Below, piece by piece: positions 18,141-28,425 of a stretch of DNA of 64,000 nt. Made by a program: the position numbers and the translations under genes. The first letter of the stretch is position 1, and the number at the start of each line of letters is the position of its first letter. The notes under the pieces were generated by a model that saw nothing but the letters and a program-made list of their open reading frames with translations, was not told the DNA's origin and did no database searches. The stretch comes from an uncultured Pelagibacteraceae bacterium (GTDB lineage: Bacteria; Pseudomonadota; Alphaproteobacteria; Pelagibacterales; AG-422-B15), in NCBI GenBank assembly GCA_902521655.1, contig CABYSM010000002.1, positions 3,575-67,574 on the forward strand, read 5' to 3'.

Positions 18141-19520
18141 ATGAGTAAATGGAGCGCAAATAGTTGGAGAGGATACAAGGCAAAGCATATTCCTGAATAT
18201 CCAGATAAATCAGAGTTAGAAAAAACTGAAAGCCAACTAAAAACATATCCACCATTAGTTTTCGCAGGTGAAGCAAGAGATTTAAAAAGACATCTTGCTA
18301 AAGTCTCAGAAGGAAAAGCGTTTCTATTGCAAGGTGGAGATTGCGCAGAAAGTTTTGACGACTTTAATGCTGATTACATAAGAGATACTTTCAAAGTTCT
18401 TTTACAAATGTCTGTAACACTTACAGCAGCAGGTAATTGCCCTGTTGTTAAAGTTGGGAGGATGGCTGGACAATTTGCTAAACCAAGAAGTTCACCTAAA
18501 GAAGAAATTGATGGAGTTGAGTTAGATAGTTATAAAGGTGATATCATTAATGATATGGAGTTTACAGAGTCTTCTAGAATTCCTGATCCTCAAAGAATGA
18601 TTAGAGCATATACTCAATCAGCTGCAACTCTTAACTTGCTACGAGCTTTTGCAAAGGGTGGTTTTTCTGACCTTAATAAAGTTCATCAATGGAATATGGG
18701 TTTTGTTGATGAAAGTCCTCAAGGAAAAAAATTCAGAGAACTAGCTGATAAAATATCAGACACGTTATCTTTTATGGATGCCATAGGTATCTCATCTGGC
18801 AATACAAAAAGATTAAGAAATGTTGATTTTTTTACAAGTCATGAAGCACTCCTTTTGCCATATGAGGAATGTTTAACACGTACAGATAGTACAACTGGTG
18901 AAGTGTACGATACATCTGCTCACATGGTGTGGATTGGTGATAGAACAAGACAACTTGATGGAGCTCACGTAGAATTTTGTAGAGGTATTAAAAACCCTAT
19001 TGGAATTAAGTGTGGTCCAACTTTAGATCCCGATGAATTAAAGAAATTGATCGATGTATTAAATCCCGAAAATGAAGCTGGTAAAATTACCCTCATTTGT
19101 AGATTTGGGGTTGATAATGTTGAAGAGAAGTTGCCCAAACTAATTGGACCTTTTGCCAACTCAGATTACAACCTTGTTTGGTCATGCGACCCCATGCACG
19201 GTAACACTATGAAAGCCAATTCTGGCTTTAAGACCAGACCTTTCGAGAGAGTTATTCAAGAAGTTGAGTCATTTTTTGATATTCATCACTCTTTAGGAAC
19301 ATATCCTGGTGGAGTGCATTTGGAGATGACAGGGCAAAACGTGACTGAGTGCATTGGTGGTGCCCAAGCGATAAAAGATGAAGATTTATCTGCCAGATAC
19401 CATACTCATTGTGACCCTAGACTTAACGCAAACCAGGCATTAGAACTTGCCTTCTTAATATCTGACAAGCTCAGAGAATCTCAAGAACCTCAAAAGTCAA
19501 AAATTATAATTGCCAAGTAA
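18141..19520 (+). CDS. 3-deoxy-7-phosphoheptulonate (DAHP) synthase, class II
   Basis: [42 protein letters not shown]. Confidence 0.96.
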   Translation: MSKWSANSWRGYKAKHIPEYPDKSELEKTESQLKTYPPLVFAGEARDLKRHLAKVSEGKAFLLQGGDCAESFDDFNADYIRDTFKVLLQMSVTLTAAGNCPVVKVGRMAGQFAKPRSSPKEEIDGVELDSYKGDIINDMEFTESSRIPDPQRMIRAYTQSAATLNLLRAFAKGGFSDLNKVHQWNMGFVDESPQGKKFRELADKISDTLSFMDAIGISSGNTKRLRNVDFFTSHEALLLPYEECLTRTDSTTGEVYDTSAHMVWIGDRTRQLDGAHVEFCRGIKNPIGIKCGPTLDPDELKKLIDVLNPENEAGKITLICRFGVDNVEEKLPKLIGPFANSDYNLVWSCDPMHGNTMKANSGFKTRPFERVIQEVESFFDIHHSLGTYPGGVHLEMTGQNVTECIGGAQAIKDEDLSARYHTHCDPRLNANQALELAFLISDKLRESQEPQKSKIIIAK

Positions 19521-19555
19521 TTGCGACTAAATTAATTAGTTGTAATATCAGTCAA

Positions 19556-21202
19556 ATGACAGAAAAAATTTCATTATTAGTAGTTCAATCAAACCCAGTT
19601 GTTGGGAATATTGCATTCAACAAACAGATCGTTATTGACCACTTACAAAATAATAATTCTGATCTAATTTTATTTTCAGAGCTTATGTTAACTGGTTACC
19701 CGCCAGAGGATTTAATTTTGAAGCCTGCTTTTATGAAAAAAGTTCATGAAGCAGTTGATGAAATTGTAAATCTATCAAAAGGGAAGCACCCAACAGTTGT
19801 ACTAGGTACACCTTGGTTAGATGAAGGTAATTTATTTAATGCTGCGGTAGTCATTCATGATGGAAAGATCTTACATAAACATTACAAGATGGCACTTCCA
19901 AACTATGGGGTATTTGATGAAAAGAGAATATTTTCTAATGGAGAAAAAGTGAGTGTTATTGATTTTAAAGGTATTAATCTGGGGATATTTATTTGTGAAG
20001 ATATTTGGGTAAATCAAACCATCACTGAAATCGGTGAACAACAAATTGATCTTGCTGTTTCTCTCAATGCGTCTCCTTTTGATATTAATAAAATCAACGA
20101 AAGAGAAAAGAAAGCTATCGAATTTTCAAAATCTATTGCTGCACCTCTTATCTATGTTAATCAAGTAGGAGGTCAGGATGAAATAGTCTTTGATGGAAGC
20201 TCATTCCTGAATGATCAAGAAAAAGTTATCTACAAACTTAAGCACTGTCAGTCAGAGTCTAAGGAATTTTTATTTGATGAAGACCATAAATTTTTAATAG
20301 AAGATACGTTCTCTGATCATACAGATATGAATGATGTCATTTACTCCAGTTTAATCTTGGGTCTAAGAGATTATGTTGAAAAGAATAATTTTCCAGGCGT
20401 TGTGTTGGGAATATCAGGAGGTATTGATAGTGCTTTTAGTGCAGCCGTTGCCACTGATGCACTTGGACCTTCAAGAGTAAAAGGTATCTTAATGCCCTCA
20501 AAATATACAAGCATTGAGAGCAACAAAGATGCATCAGAATTAGGTAATAATTTGGGCATTGAACTCATGAACATATCTATCAATGAAATTGTCAATTCAT
20601 ACGACAACACACTTAATGATCTATTTTCTGGAACAGAAAAAGACATCACTGAAGAAAATATTCAATCGCGAACAAGAGGAGCGATTTTGATGGCCTATTC
20701 AAACAAATTTGGCCACATGGTTATCACCAATGGTAATAAATCTGAGGTATCTGTTGGCTATTCGACACTCTATGGAGATATGTGTGGAGGGTTCTCAGTC
20801 GTTAAAGATATTTATAAAACTGATTTATTTAAATTGTCAGAATGGAGAAACAAAAATAAGCCCTCTTTATCGTTGCTCAATAAAAATGAGATTATACCAA
20901 ATAATATTATAACTAAGGAACCTACCGCTGAATTAAAAGAAGATCAGAAAGACAGTGACTCACTTCCACCCTATGATGTATTGGATAAAGTATTGTACCA
21001 TCTTGTGGAAAAAGAAAGTTCAGTAAAAGAGATTGTAGATCAAGGATTTGATAAAGAATTAGTTAAAAGAATTCAAAATCTACTCTACAATTCAGAATAT
21101 AAAAGAAGACAAGCAGCACCAGGCGTGAAGATTTCTGAAAGAAATTTTGGCTATGACAGAAGATATCCGATCACGAACGCATTTAGAGATATGGAAAATT
21201 AA
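19556..21202 (+). CDS. nadE: glutamine-dependent NAD+ synthetase
   Basis: Nitrilase domain (ELMLTGYPPEDL, LPNYGVFDEKR, ICEDIW) plus SGGIDS, ENIQSR, GNKSE, EYKRRQA. Confidence 0.96.
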   Translation: MTEKISLLVVQSNPVVGNIAFNKQIVIDHLQNNNSDLILFSELMLTGYPPEDLILKPAFMKKVHEAVDEIVNLSKGKHPTVVLGTPWLDEGNLFNAAVVIHDGKILHKHYKMALPNYGVFDEKRIFSNGEKVSVIDFKGINLGIFICEDIWVNQTITEIGEQQIDLAVSLNASPFDINKINEREKKAIEFSKSIAAPLIYVNQVGGQDEIVFDGSSFLNDQEKVIYKLKHCQSESKEFLFDEDHKFLIEDTFSDHTDMNDVIYSSLILGLRDYVEKNNFPGVVLGISGGIDSAFSAAVATDALGPSRVKGILMPSKYTSIESNKDASELGNNLGIELMNISINEIVNSYDNTLNDLFSGTEKDITEENIQSRTRGAILMAYSNKFGHMVITNGNKSEVSVGYSTLYGDMCGGFSVVKDIYKTDLFKLSEWRNKNKPSLSLLNKNEIIPNNIITKEPTAELKEDQKDSDSLPPYDVLDKVLYHLVEKESSVKEIVDQGFDKELVKRIQNLLYNSEYKRRQAAPGVKISERNFGYDRRYPITNAFRDMEN

Positions 21203-22531
21203 ATGACAACAGTAACAAGATTTGCACCAAGTCCAACAGGTTTATTACATCTTGGAAACATCAGAACGGCATTAATTAATTGGCTATATGCACGAACCAA
21301 CAATGGGAAATTCATTTTAAGAATTGACGATACTGATTTAGAAAGATCGAAAGATGAATATATTTCACAGATAAAATATGATCTTGATTGGCTAGGGATT
21401 GATTATGATGAAACGTTCAATCAATCGTCTCGTTTCGACAGATACAGGGAGCAATTCGAGAAATTAAAAGCTGATGGCAGAATTTACCCTTGCTATGAAA
21501 CACCCGAAGAACTTGAAAGAAAAAGAAAATTGCTCATCGCAGCTGGCGGCAAGCAAGTGTATGACCGGTCAGCAATGGAATTAACAGACCAACAAAAGAA
21601 AGACTACGAAGCAGAAGGAAGAAAACCTCACTGGAGATTCTTATTAAAAACTGAACGTATGAAATGGGATGATTTACTTAAAGGTGAAATAGATATAGAC
21701 CTCACCAGTTTGTCTGATCCTGTTTTGTTCAGAGAGGACGGCGTTCCTTTATATACTTTTAGTTCAGCTGTAGATGATATTGACTACGATATAACCAACG
21801 TAATTAGAGGAGATGATCATACGAGCAATACGGCTGTTCAAGTAGAAATTATTAATGCGTTGGATCAAAATAAAATAACTTTTGCCCATCACGCCTTACT
21901 AAAAGCATCAAGTGGAGATAAATTATCAAAACGAGACAATGTCATATCCATTAGCAGTTTCAGGGAGGAGAATATGGAGCCTATATCAATACTAAGTTTA
22001 TTGGCGACCATCGGCACGTCTAATTCTATCGAATTAAAAGACAATATAGATCAAATAAAAAGTGAATTTAAACTGAGTACAATTTCAACGTCACCTGGTC
22101 GAATTGAAATTGATGTATTGAATGCTCTCAATAAAAAACAGGTTCAAAAATACAATTTTAGCGAGATCGAAGAGAGATTAAAAAAGATTGATGAAAAAAT
22201 TGATCAAAAGTTTTGGGAAACAATCAGAGGCAATCTGAATGTTGTTGAAGATATAAAACAATGGACGGACATTGTATTTAATAGTGAGACCATTAAGCCT
22301 TCTGATAAAGATTATATTAAGATTGCAATGGAATTGATCCCTGATGATCCATGGAATGATGAAACATGGGGACTATGGACTTCGGCCATAAAAGAGAAAA
22401 CTGGCAGAAAAGGAAAAGAGTTATTCTTGCCTCTTAGAGAAGCCTTTACAGGACTTAATCATGGTCCTGAAATGAAACTACTAATTCAATTACTGGGTAG
22501 AGATAAGATCATAGAAAGAGTTGAGTTGTAA
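21203..22531 (+). CDS. gltX: glutamate--tRNA ligase
   Basis: RFAPSPTGLLHLGN, RIDDTD, IRGDDH, KLSKR, HGPE. Confidence 0.93.
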   Translation: MTTVTRFAPSPTGLLHLGNIRTALINWLYARTNNGKFILRIDDTDLERSKDEYISQIKYDLDWLGIDYDETFNQSSRFDRYREQFEKLKADGRIYPCYETPEELERKRKLLIAAGGKQVYDRSAMELTDQQKKDYEAEGRKPHWRFLLKTERMKWDDLLKGEIDIDLTSLSDPVLFREDGVPLYTFSSAVDDIDYDITNVIRGDDHTSNTAVQVEIINALDQNKITFAHHALLKASSGDKLSKRDNVISISSFREENMEPISILSLLATIGTSNSIELKDNIDQIKSEFKLSTISTSPGRIEIDVLNALNKKQVQKYNFSEIEERLKKIDEKIDQKFWETIRGNLNVVEDIKQWTDIVFNSETIKPSDKDYIKIAMELIPDDPWNDETWGLWTSAIKEKTGRKGKELFLPLREAFTGLNHGPEMKLLIQLLGRDKIIERVEL

Positions 22532-23896
22532 ATGTCACTGAATTTATACGACACATTCTCAAACTCAAAAAAAAAGTTTGAACCAATTGATCCAAAAAAT
22601 ATCAGAATGTATGTTTGTGGTCCCACAGTATACGACTATCCACACGTAGGAAATGCAAGACCTGTCATTGTTTTTGATATTTTATTTCGAATTCTTCAAA
22701 ACTTATACGGTACAGAACGTGTAACATATGTGAGAAATATAACAGATGTTGATGATAAGATTATAAATGCTTCCCAAGAAAATAATGAAGACATCAACGA
22801 ATTAACTTCAAGAACCATTAATTATTTTCGCGCTGATGCGAAATATATAGGAGCAATGGAGCCCTCTTTTGAGCCCAGAGCAACAGATCACATAGATGAA
22901 ATGATCAATATTATTGAGACTTTAATTGAAAAAAATTATGCCTATGTTGCTGAGAATAACGTTCTTTTCTCATCTACTAAATTTTCTAAATACGGATCAT
23001 TATCAGGTAAAAACCTTGAAGAAATGATTGCTGGATCAAGAGTCGATGTTGAAAGTTATAAGCAAGAAGCCTCAGATTTTATACTATGGAAGCCTTCTAA
23101 AGATAACGAGCCTGGATGGGACAGTCCGTGGGGCAAGGGAAGACCTGGATGGCATATAGAGTGTTCAGCAATGAGTGAAAAATTATTAGGTAAAACATTT
23201 GATATTCATGGTGGTGGGCAAGATTTAATTTTCCCTCATCACGAAAATGAAATCGCTCAGAGTGAGTGTGCAAACGGGGAAAAATTTGCAAATTACTGGG
23301 TTCATAATGGCTTTGTTACTGTTGAAGGAAGTAAAATGGCAAAATCTGATGGAAATTTTGTAACAGTGAATGAGCTTAAAGAGAAATACCAAGGAGAGGT
23401 TATTAGATTAACCATGATACTGACTCATTATCGTCAGCCATTGAATTGGACTAATGATAATCTACAAGAAAGCAAAAAAACACTGGATAAGTGGTACCAA
23501 TATTTTTCTGAAGTGGATTTTAAGCCTGACTTAAATGTGAAGATTGATGAAAATGTAATGAACGCTCTAAATGATGACATGAATACGCCTCAGGCAATAG
23601 CTGAATTGCATAAATTATTCAAAAATTGTAAAAGTAATGATCACAATTCATTAAATCAATTTTTAATTTCGGCTCAATTTCTTGGATTGATGAATGATGA
23701 ACCTTCTCAATGGATATCATGGGGTAAAGAAAATATAAGCGTAGATCAAAATAAGATTGAGTCATTGATTGCTCAAAGAAATACCGCAAGAGCAAATAAA
23801 GATTTTGCTGAAGCTGATAGAATTAGAGATGAGTTGGAAAATTTAGGAATAGTACTAGAAGATAAAGGTACAGAAACCACATGGAAAACTAAGTAA
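22532..23896 (+). CDS. cysS: cysteine--tRNA ligase
   Basis: YVCGPTVY, HVGN, GRPGWHIECSAM, DIHGGG, FPHHENE, KMAKS. Confidence 0.97.
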   Translation: MSLNLYDTFSNSKKKFEPIDPKNIRMYVCGPTVYDYPHVGNARPVIVFDILFRILQNLYGTERVTYVRNITDVDDKIINASQENNEDINELTSRTINYFRADAKYIGAMEPSFEPRATDHIDEMINIIETLIEKNYAYVAENNVLFSSTKFSKYGSLSGKNLEEMIAGSRVDVESYKQEASDFILWKPSKDNEPGWDSPWGKGRPGWHIECSAMSEKLLGKTFDIHGGGQDLIFPHHENEIAQSECANGEKFANYWVHNGFVTVEGSKMAKSDGNFVTVNELKEKYQGEVIRLTMILTHYRQPLNWTNDNLQESKKTLDKWYQYFSEVDFKPDLNVKIDENVMNALNDDMNTPQAIAELHKLFKNCKSNDHNSLNQFLISAQFLGLMNDEPSQWISWGKENISVDQNKIESLIAQRNTARANKDFAEADRIRDELENLGIVLEDKGTETTWKTK

Positions 23897-25495
23897 ATGA
23901 AAGAAAAGTTATTTATATTTGATACGACATTGAGAGACGGAGCACAAACTTATGGCGTTGATTTTAACGTAGATGAGAAAAAAATTCTCGCATCAAAGCT
24001 TGATGCCTTAGGCGTTGATTATATTGAGGGTGGATGGCCTGGTGCAAATGAAACTGATACACAATTTTTCGCTGAAAAAATGGAATTTAAAAATTCTACG
24101 TTTACGGCTTTCGGCATGACCAAAAAGACAGGAAGGAGTGCTGAAAATGATCCTGGTTTAGCTGCCATGATTAACGTAAGTGCCCCATCAGCCTGCGTAG
24201 TGGGTAAGTCTTGGGATTTCCATGTAGATTTAGCGTTAGGAATTTCCAATGATGAAAACTTAGTAAATATTGCTGAGTCTGTTAACTTTTTATCAAGCAG
24301 CAAGAAGGAAGTTCATTTTGATGCTGAACATTTCTTTGATGGCTACAAAGCTAATCCTCAATATGCGATAAAGTGTTTAAAAGCAGCACAGGACAATGGA
24401 GCAAGGTGGATGGTTCTTTGTGATACCAACGGAGGCACATTACCCCATGAAGTAGAACAGATTGTCTCAGAAGTTGTAAAGGATATTCCAGGCGACCAAC
24501 TTGGTATTCACGCACATAATGATACTGGAAATGCTGTAGCAAATTCATTAGCTGCAGTTCATGCTGGGGTCAGACAAGTGCAAGGCACTATTAACGGACT
24601 TGGTGAACGATGCGGAAATGCTAATTTAATTACTCTTCTTCCTACCTTTGCTTTAAAGGATGAATATATCGATAAATTTGATTTATCTATCGATACTAAA
24701 AATCTTGGTCAGTTAACAGAACTTTCAAGACTGTTAGATGAAATATTAAATCGTGTACCCAATAGAACAGCACCTTATGTAGGCTCAGCAGCATTTGCGC
24801 ATAAAGGAGGATTGCACGTTTCAGCAGTAAACAAAGATCCTAAAACTTATGAACATATCGATCCTGAGTTGGTGGGCAATCATCGTCAAATAATCATTTC
24901 AGAACAATCAGGAAAATCAAATATTCTTGCGCGATTAAAGTCTACAGGAATTCAGATCAATGAGGATGATGAAACTATACAAAAAATTCTTGATCGAGTG
25001 AAAGAACGTGAATTTATTGGATATTCATACGATGGTGCAGATGCTTCATTTGAAATATTGGTGAAAAAGGTCATTGCTGAAATGCCCACTTATTTTGAAG
25101 TAGTTAATTTTAATGTGAACGTAAAAAATTCAGGTGGTGAAGGTAAAACAATATCAGATGCCGAAGTTAAATTAAAATTTGGTAAAGAAGAACTTATAGG
25201 TACGGGACAAGGTGTAGGACCAGTTAATGCATTGGACAATGCTTTGAGGAATAATTTTCAATCAAGTGGTTATGCTGAATTGATCAAGGATTTATCTCTT
25301 ATCGACTATAAAGTGAGAATTTTAAACACAGGAACCGATGCGATCACCAGAGTATCAATTGAGAGTTCTGATAAAGATAAAAAGAGTTGGTACACAATTG
25401 GTGTTTCAGAAAATATTATAGAAGCCTCCTTTAGGGCACTGATTGACAGTGTTGAGTACAAATTGATGAAAGAAAAGGCTACGGTTCTTAGTTAG
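23897..25495 (+). CDS. cimA: citramalate synthase
   Basis: DTTLRDGAQ, YIEGGWPG, FDAEHFFDG, HAHND, AFAHKGGLH, LeuA-type regulatory domain. Confidence 0.9.
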   Translation: MKEKLFIFDTTLRDGAQTYGVDFNVDEKKILASKLDALGVDYIEGGWPGANETDTQFFAEKMEFKNSTFTAFGMTKKTGRSAENDPGLAAMINVSAPSACVVGKSWDFHVDLALGISNDENLVNIAESVNFLSSSKKEVHFDAEHFFDGYKANPQYAIKCLKAAQDNGARWMVLCDTNGGTLPHEVEQIVSEVVKDIPGDQLGIHAHNDTGNAVANSLAAVHAGVRQVQGTINGLGERCGNANLITLLPTFALKDEYIDKFDLSIDTKNLGQLTELSRLLDEILNRVPNRTAPYVGSAAFAHKGGLHVSAVNKDPKTYEHIDPELVGNHRQIIISEQSGKSNILARLKSTGIQINEDDETIQKILDRVKEREFIGYSYDGADASFEILVKKVIAEMPTYFEVVNFNVNVKNSGGEGKTISDAEVKLKFGKEELIGTGQGVGPVNALDNALRNNFQSSGYAELIKDLSLIDYKVRILNTGTDAITRVSIESSDKDKKSWYTIGVSENIIEASFRALIDSVEYKLMKEKATVLS

Positions 25496-25498
25496 TAC

Positions 25499-26236
25499 AT
25501 GTCTTCAAATAATATTTCAATTATCTTGGTTGATACTCAACTTCCTGAAAATATAGGTCTGGTTGCACGTTCCATGTATAATTTTGGTTTTTCTGACCTG
25601 AGGTTAGTCAACCCTAAATTAGATTGGCCATCAGAGAAGGCACATGCGGTATCAGTCGATGCCAAATCTATTATAGAGAGTGCAAAAGTTTACACTACCC
25701 TGAGAGAGGCACTCAGTGATTCTACACTCTCCATTGCTTATACAGCTCGAAAACGCGATATGAGCAAACAGTTTACTGACAATAAATCTATTATTAAGGA
25801 AATACATGATGAATACAGTAATGATAAGTTAGCTGTTGTTTTTGGCGGTGAAGCTTCAGGCTTGACCAATGACCATCTTTCTTTAGTGACAAGGTGTGTG
25901 ACGATTGATACGCATGAGAACTTTTCATCTTTGAATCTTTCACATGCCGTCAATGTATTTTGTTATTCTATATTTTCATTAATGTATAATGATGAAAAAT
26001 TAGTTGATGAGAATTCACTGACGCGCGGCAATCAAAATGAACTGATGCATTTTTTTGATCATATTGAAGAAGAGTTGGAAAACAGAGGTTTCTTTCAACC
26101 CGAGGAAAAAATGCCAAAAATGAAGCAAAATCTTAGGAATATCTTTCACCGGGCTGATCTCAGCGATAGGGAAATTGCAACACTGAGAGGAGTAGTCACG
26201 GTTCTATCAGATTATAGGAAAACTGAGGAAATTTAG
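25499..26236 (+). CDS. trmJ: TrmJ/LasT family SPOUT RNA methyltransferase
   Basis: [12 protein letters not shown]...[29 protein letters not shown]. Confidence 0.82.
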   Translation: MSSNNISIILVDTQLPENIGLVARSMYNFGFSDLRLVNPKLDWPSEKAHAVSVDAKSIIESAKVYTTLREALSDSTLSIAYTARKRDMSKQFTDNKSIIKEIHDEYSNDKLAVVFGGEASGLTNDHLSLVTRCVTIDTHENFSSLNLSHAVNVFCYSIFSLMYNDEKLVDENSLTRGNQNELMHFFDHIEEELENRGFFQPEEKMPKMKQNLRNIFHRADLSDREIATLRGVVTVLSDYRKTEEI

Positions 26237-26245
26237 TATTCTGGT

Positions 26246-26273
26246 TTGACAATATTCAGGAAAACAGTATAAA
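26246..26273 (+). promoter_or_regulatory. sigma70-like promoter for rpsD
   Basis: TTGACA-16nt-TATAAA, ending 16 nt before the rpsD ATG. Confidence 0.6.
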
Positions 26274-26289
26274 CCACGGATCACAATAT

Positions 26290-26907
26290 ATGACAAAACG
26301 AATAGCACAAAAACACAAAATCGATAGACGTCTAAGTGTTAACCTATGGGGAAGACCCAAAAGCCCTTTTAATTTAAGAAAATACAGACCTGGCCAACAT
26401 GGACAGAAGCATACTGGAAAACTATCTGACTATGGTGTTCAGTTACATGCTAAGCAAAAATTAAAAGGCTATTATGGCAACCTAAATGAAAGACAATTCC
26501 GCAATTGTTATAAAGAGGCCATCAGACAAAAGGGTGACTCAGGAGAAAATTTAATTGCGCTTCTAGAAAGAAGATTAGATACGATTGTTTATCGTTCAAA
26601 GTTTGTCCCAACTGTTTTTGCAGCACGACAATTCATCAATCATGGTCATGTCAAAGTAAATGGCAAAAGAGTAAATATTTCAAGCTATCGTGTTACTGAA
26701 GGCGATGTCATTGAAGTTAAAGATAAGTCTAAAGAAATGGCGATTGTTGTTGAAGCAATGAAAAGTCAGGAGCGTGATATCCCAGGTTATATTACCGTTG
26801 ATGAAAAGAAATGTTCTTCAACATTTATTCGAACACCTCAGTTTGCCGAAGTTCCATATGCAACGCAGATGGATCCAAAACTAGTTATCGAGTATTATTC
26901 TCGATAA
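26290..26907 (+). CDS. rpsD: 30S ribosomal protein S4
   Basis: [37 protein letters not shown]. Confidence 0.97.
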   Translation: MTKRIAQKHKIDRRLSVNLWGRPKSPFNLRKYRPGQHGQKHTGKLSDYGVQLHAKQKLKGYYGNLNERQFRNCYKEAIRQKGDSGENLIALLERRLDTIVYRSKFVPTVFAARQFINHGHVKVNGKRVNISSYRVTEGDVIEVKDKSKEMAIVVEAMKSQERDIPGYITVDEKKCSSTFIRTPQFAEVPYATQMDPKLVIEYYSR

Positions 26908-26914
26908 ATCCCAA

Positions 26915-28021
26915 ATGAGTGCATCGCACTTTTTTTCAAAAGATTACTTTCAAGCGCGAGATAGATTCATTAAATCTATTAATGAACTGAAGGGTCAAGG
27001 CCATCAAGTTAGTCATGATACACTTACTTTAGATTGCAAAGGACCTAATCAAGAAAATCTTTGCATCGATATTGCAACTATTGGTTCAATCGATAGCGAT
27101 AATCTATTACTATATAGTTCAGGCATTCATGGCGTTGAAGGATTTGCAGGTTCAGCTATTCAATTATCAGTTTTAGAGCAAATCAAAAATGCCAATCCAA
27201 TTACTGATTATTGCATAGTTTTTATTCATATCATTAATCCATACGGTATGGCATGGCACAGAAGGGTGAATGAAAATAATGTTGATATGAACAGAAACTT
27301 TATAAAGGATCATCAAGGCGAACCTGAAGGATATCAGAAAATAGATACTTTCTTAAACCCCAAGAGTATTCCAACAAAATTAGATATTATGTTTTTGCCT
27401 CGGGGTATTAGTTTATTGTTAAAGTACGGTTTCACCAATGTGAAGCAATGGTTTGCACAGGGGCAATATACGAGACCAAAGAGTTTACAATATGGCGGCG
27501 ATGCACTTCAACAGGGACCTAAGATGATTTTAGATTGGCTGAAAAAAAATCTTAATAATACAAAAAAGGTTTTTGGTATAGATTTACATACTGGATTAGG
27601 CAAATCAGGATATGACACTATACTTGTGCCTGATGATATCAAAGAAGATAAATATAATATACTAGTCTCACTTTTTGGTGACCATGTATCTCCACTTGAT
27701 CCAACACAAGGCGTGGGTTACCGAATAACAGGAGATATTCACTCAGGTATAGTAAAAGAGTTTTCATCAATTGAATGGTTAACAATCACCCAAGAGTTTG
27801 GAACATTTGGTCCCACAACTGTTTTCAAAAATTTAAGGGCTGAAAATAGATGGACACAAAACAATCAATTAAATGATGAAAAAGATATAATGAATCATTG
27901 GAGTAGAAAAAATCTATTAAACACATTCAATCCAAACAACAAGCGTTGGCAGCAAGATCTAATCAGTAGGGGCAATACTGTTTTTAAGTCTATTCAGGAA
28001 TATTTATCAAAGCTCGATTAA
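26915..28021 (+). CDS. DUF2817 / M14-like zinc metallopeptidase
   Basis: SGIHGVEG (HxxE), NPYG, RRVNENNVDMNRNF, DLHTGLG, EFGT. Confidence 0.82.
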   Translation: MSASHFFSKDYFQARDRFIKSINELKGQGHQVSHDTLTLDCKGPNQENLCIDIATIGSIDSDNLLLYSSGIHGVEGFAGSAIQLSVLEQIKNANPITDYCIVFIHIINPYGMAWHRRVNENNVDMNRNFIKDHQGEPEGYQKIDTFLNPKSIPTKLDIMFLPRGISLLLKYGFTNVKQWFAQGQYTRPKSLQYGGDALQQGPKMILDWLKKNLNNTKKVFGIDLHTGLGKSGYDTILVPDDIKEDKYNILVSLFGDHVSPLDPTQGVGYRITGDIHSGIVKEFSSIEWLTITQEFGTFGPTTVFKNLRAENRWTQNNQLNDEKDIMNHWSRKNLLNTFNPNNKRWQQDLISRGNTVFKSIQEYLSKLD

Positions 28022-28347
28022 TCGTGGGCGATATTTTTTTCTTTTAATACCTCTGATAATTCACCAGTTTTATGCATATCTAATATAATGTCACAGCCGC
28101 CAATAAATTCTCCCTTTACATAAAGCTGAGGAATTGTTGGCCAATTTGTAAAATCTTTTATTCCTTGTCTTAATTCGTCACTTTCTAGAACATTAACATC
28201 TTTATATTCGATATTCATAAATGATAGGGCATTTACAACAGCATTAGAAAATCCACATTCAGGTTGAACTTTGGTGCCTTTCATAAAAAGGACCACATCA
28301 TTTTGATCAACTATGTCTTTGATATTATTTTGTACTGTTTCGTTCAT
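28018..28347 (-). CDS. grxD: monothiol glutaredoxin Grx4
   Basis: FMKGT...CGFS, WPTIPQLYV.GEFIGGCD. Confidence 0.95.
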   Translation of the reverse strand: MNETVQNNIKDIVDQNDVVLFMKGTKVQPECGFSNAVVNALSFMNIEYKDVNVLESDELRQGIKDFTNWPTIPQLYVKGEFIGGCDIILDMHKTGELSEVLKEKNIAHD

Positions 28348-28425
28348 AACACTACAATTAACTGCTTTTAATATTTATTCAATAATAAATATTCTACAAA
28401 AAATTCCTTTAGTTCTGATTATTTA

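Noticed and set aside
23330-23350. KMAKS instead of KMSKS in CysS
   Set aside because: A conservative variant with all other catalytic and Zn-binding motifs intact; not evidence of altered function.
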